Origin: Folioceros fuciformis
Taxonomy: Eukaryota
Reading direction: 5' to 3'
DNA: 44,930 bases
Assembly: GCA_049999805.1 (NCBI GenBank)
Contig: JBNGIO010006314.1
Span: 176,243 to 221,172 of the forward strand
A model generated the notes under the pieces. That model was not told the origin of the DNA. It did not search any database and saw nothing but the letters and a program-made list of their open reading frames with translations. Below, one piece after another: positions 44,360 to 44,930 of the stretch. Every line of letters begins with the position of its first letter. Position 1 is the first letter of the stretch. The position numbers and the translations under genes were made by a program.

Positions 44360-44782
44360 GCAACGCAACGCAACGCAGTGCATGTACAAGCTTACGCCTG
44401 GCTCACGCTCCGCACGCCCGCCCAGCAGCCCGCCCAGCAGCCCGCCCGCTTATCCCACATCCACTCCCACTTCTCTTGTTGCGCGAAGCGCAGAGCAGGC
44501 ACAGGACAGGACAGGACAGGACAGGACATGAGAGATCTGGAACAAGACCCGTCCCGCTCGTAGGGTAACTAGTGCCGTAGGGCAAGCAAGGCAAGCGAAG
44601 GCAAGGCCAGAAGCCCCAGCCGAGGCAAGGCAGCCACAGAGGGCCGCAGAGCAGAGCAGGGATATGTAGCCAGCAGCAGTGACAGAGGCTTGGATCGTGA
44701 AGTGCAAGGGCAGAGAGCCAACATAAGCACAGACGCGAGCCGAGCCGAGCCGAGCCGAGCCAAGGAAGGAAGGAAGGAAGGA
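44360..44782. repeat. Cluster of short microsatellites in a GC-rich UTR/promoter-like region
   Basis: (GCAAC)n at about 44360, (ACAGG)n at about 44501-44528, (GAGCC)n at about 44737-44761, (GGAA)n at about 44764-44780. Confidence 0.75.
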
Positions 44783-44930
44783 GAGGACCGGAAAGGCTGG
44801 TGGTTGAGTATTCTGCGGGTGAAAGACCCTGATGCGGGTTGCGGCGCCGCGGCGGCACAGCACTGGCACCGGCAGGCGCCAGGGGAGGTGCACTCCATGG
44901 CGCGGGCTTCCAGCAGCACCAGGTTCGCGT

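Noticed and set aside
44246..44919. Several overlapping ORFs at the window end
   Set aside because: Generated by microsatellites and high GC; no recognisable protein.

Overview
Gene-dense eukaryotic nuclear DNA, about 14-15 genes in 45 kb, with many short GT-AG introns (typically 70-130 bp) and a 100-N scaffold gap at 14312-14411. The gene set (plastid MurE, flagellar radial-spoke protein RSP11, P-class PPR, PAS-containing hybrid histidine kinase, mL80-like protein) points to a seed-free land plant with motile sperm. Compactness and roughly balanced GC fit a hornwort best, but that is inference. Gene order: MurE (+, 5' part probably outside the window), calmodulin-like 1 (+), TruA (+), unexplained region with a possible orphan gene (-), RSP11 (+), PPR (-), gap, calmodulin-like 2 (+), THUMP protein (-), GGQ release-factor-like (+), mL80-like (+), hnRNP F/H-like (-), AT-rich repeat block, proteasome alpha-5 (-), FANCJ helicase (-), conserved uncharacterised protein (+), TM-3xPAS hybrid histidine kinase (-), AT-rich possible TE relic. 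I spliced the gene models by eye. I found no tRNA, rRNA, CRISPR array or prokaryote-type system, and no clearly novel multi-gene system. The best leads are the sensor kinase with a Cys-repeat N-terminus, the FANCJ head-to-head partner, the orphan beside RSP11 and several unusual splicing features.
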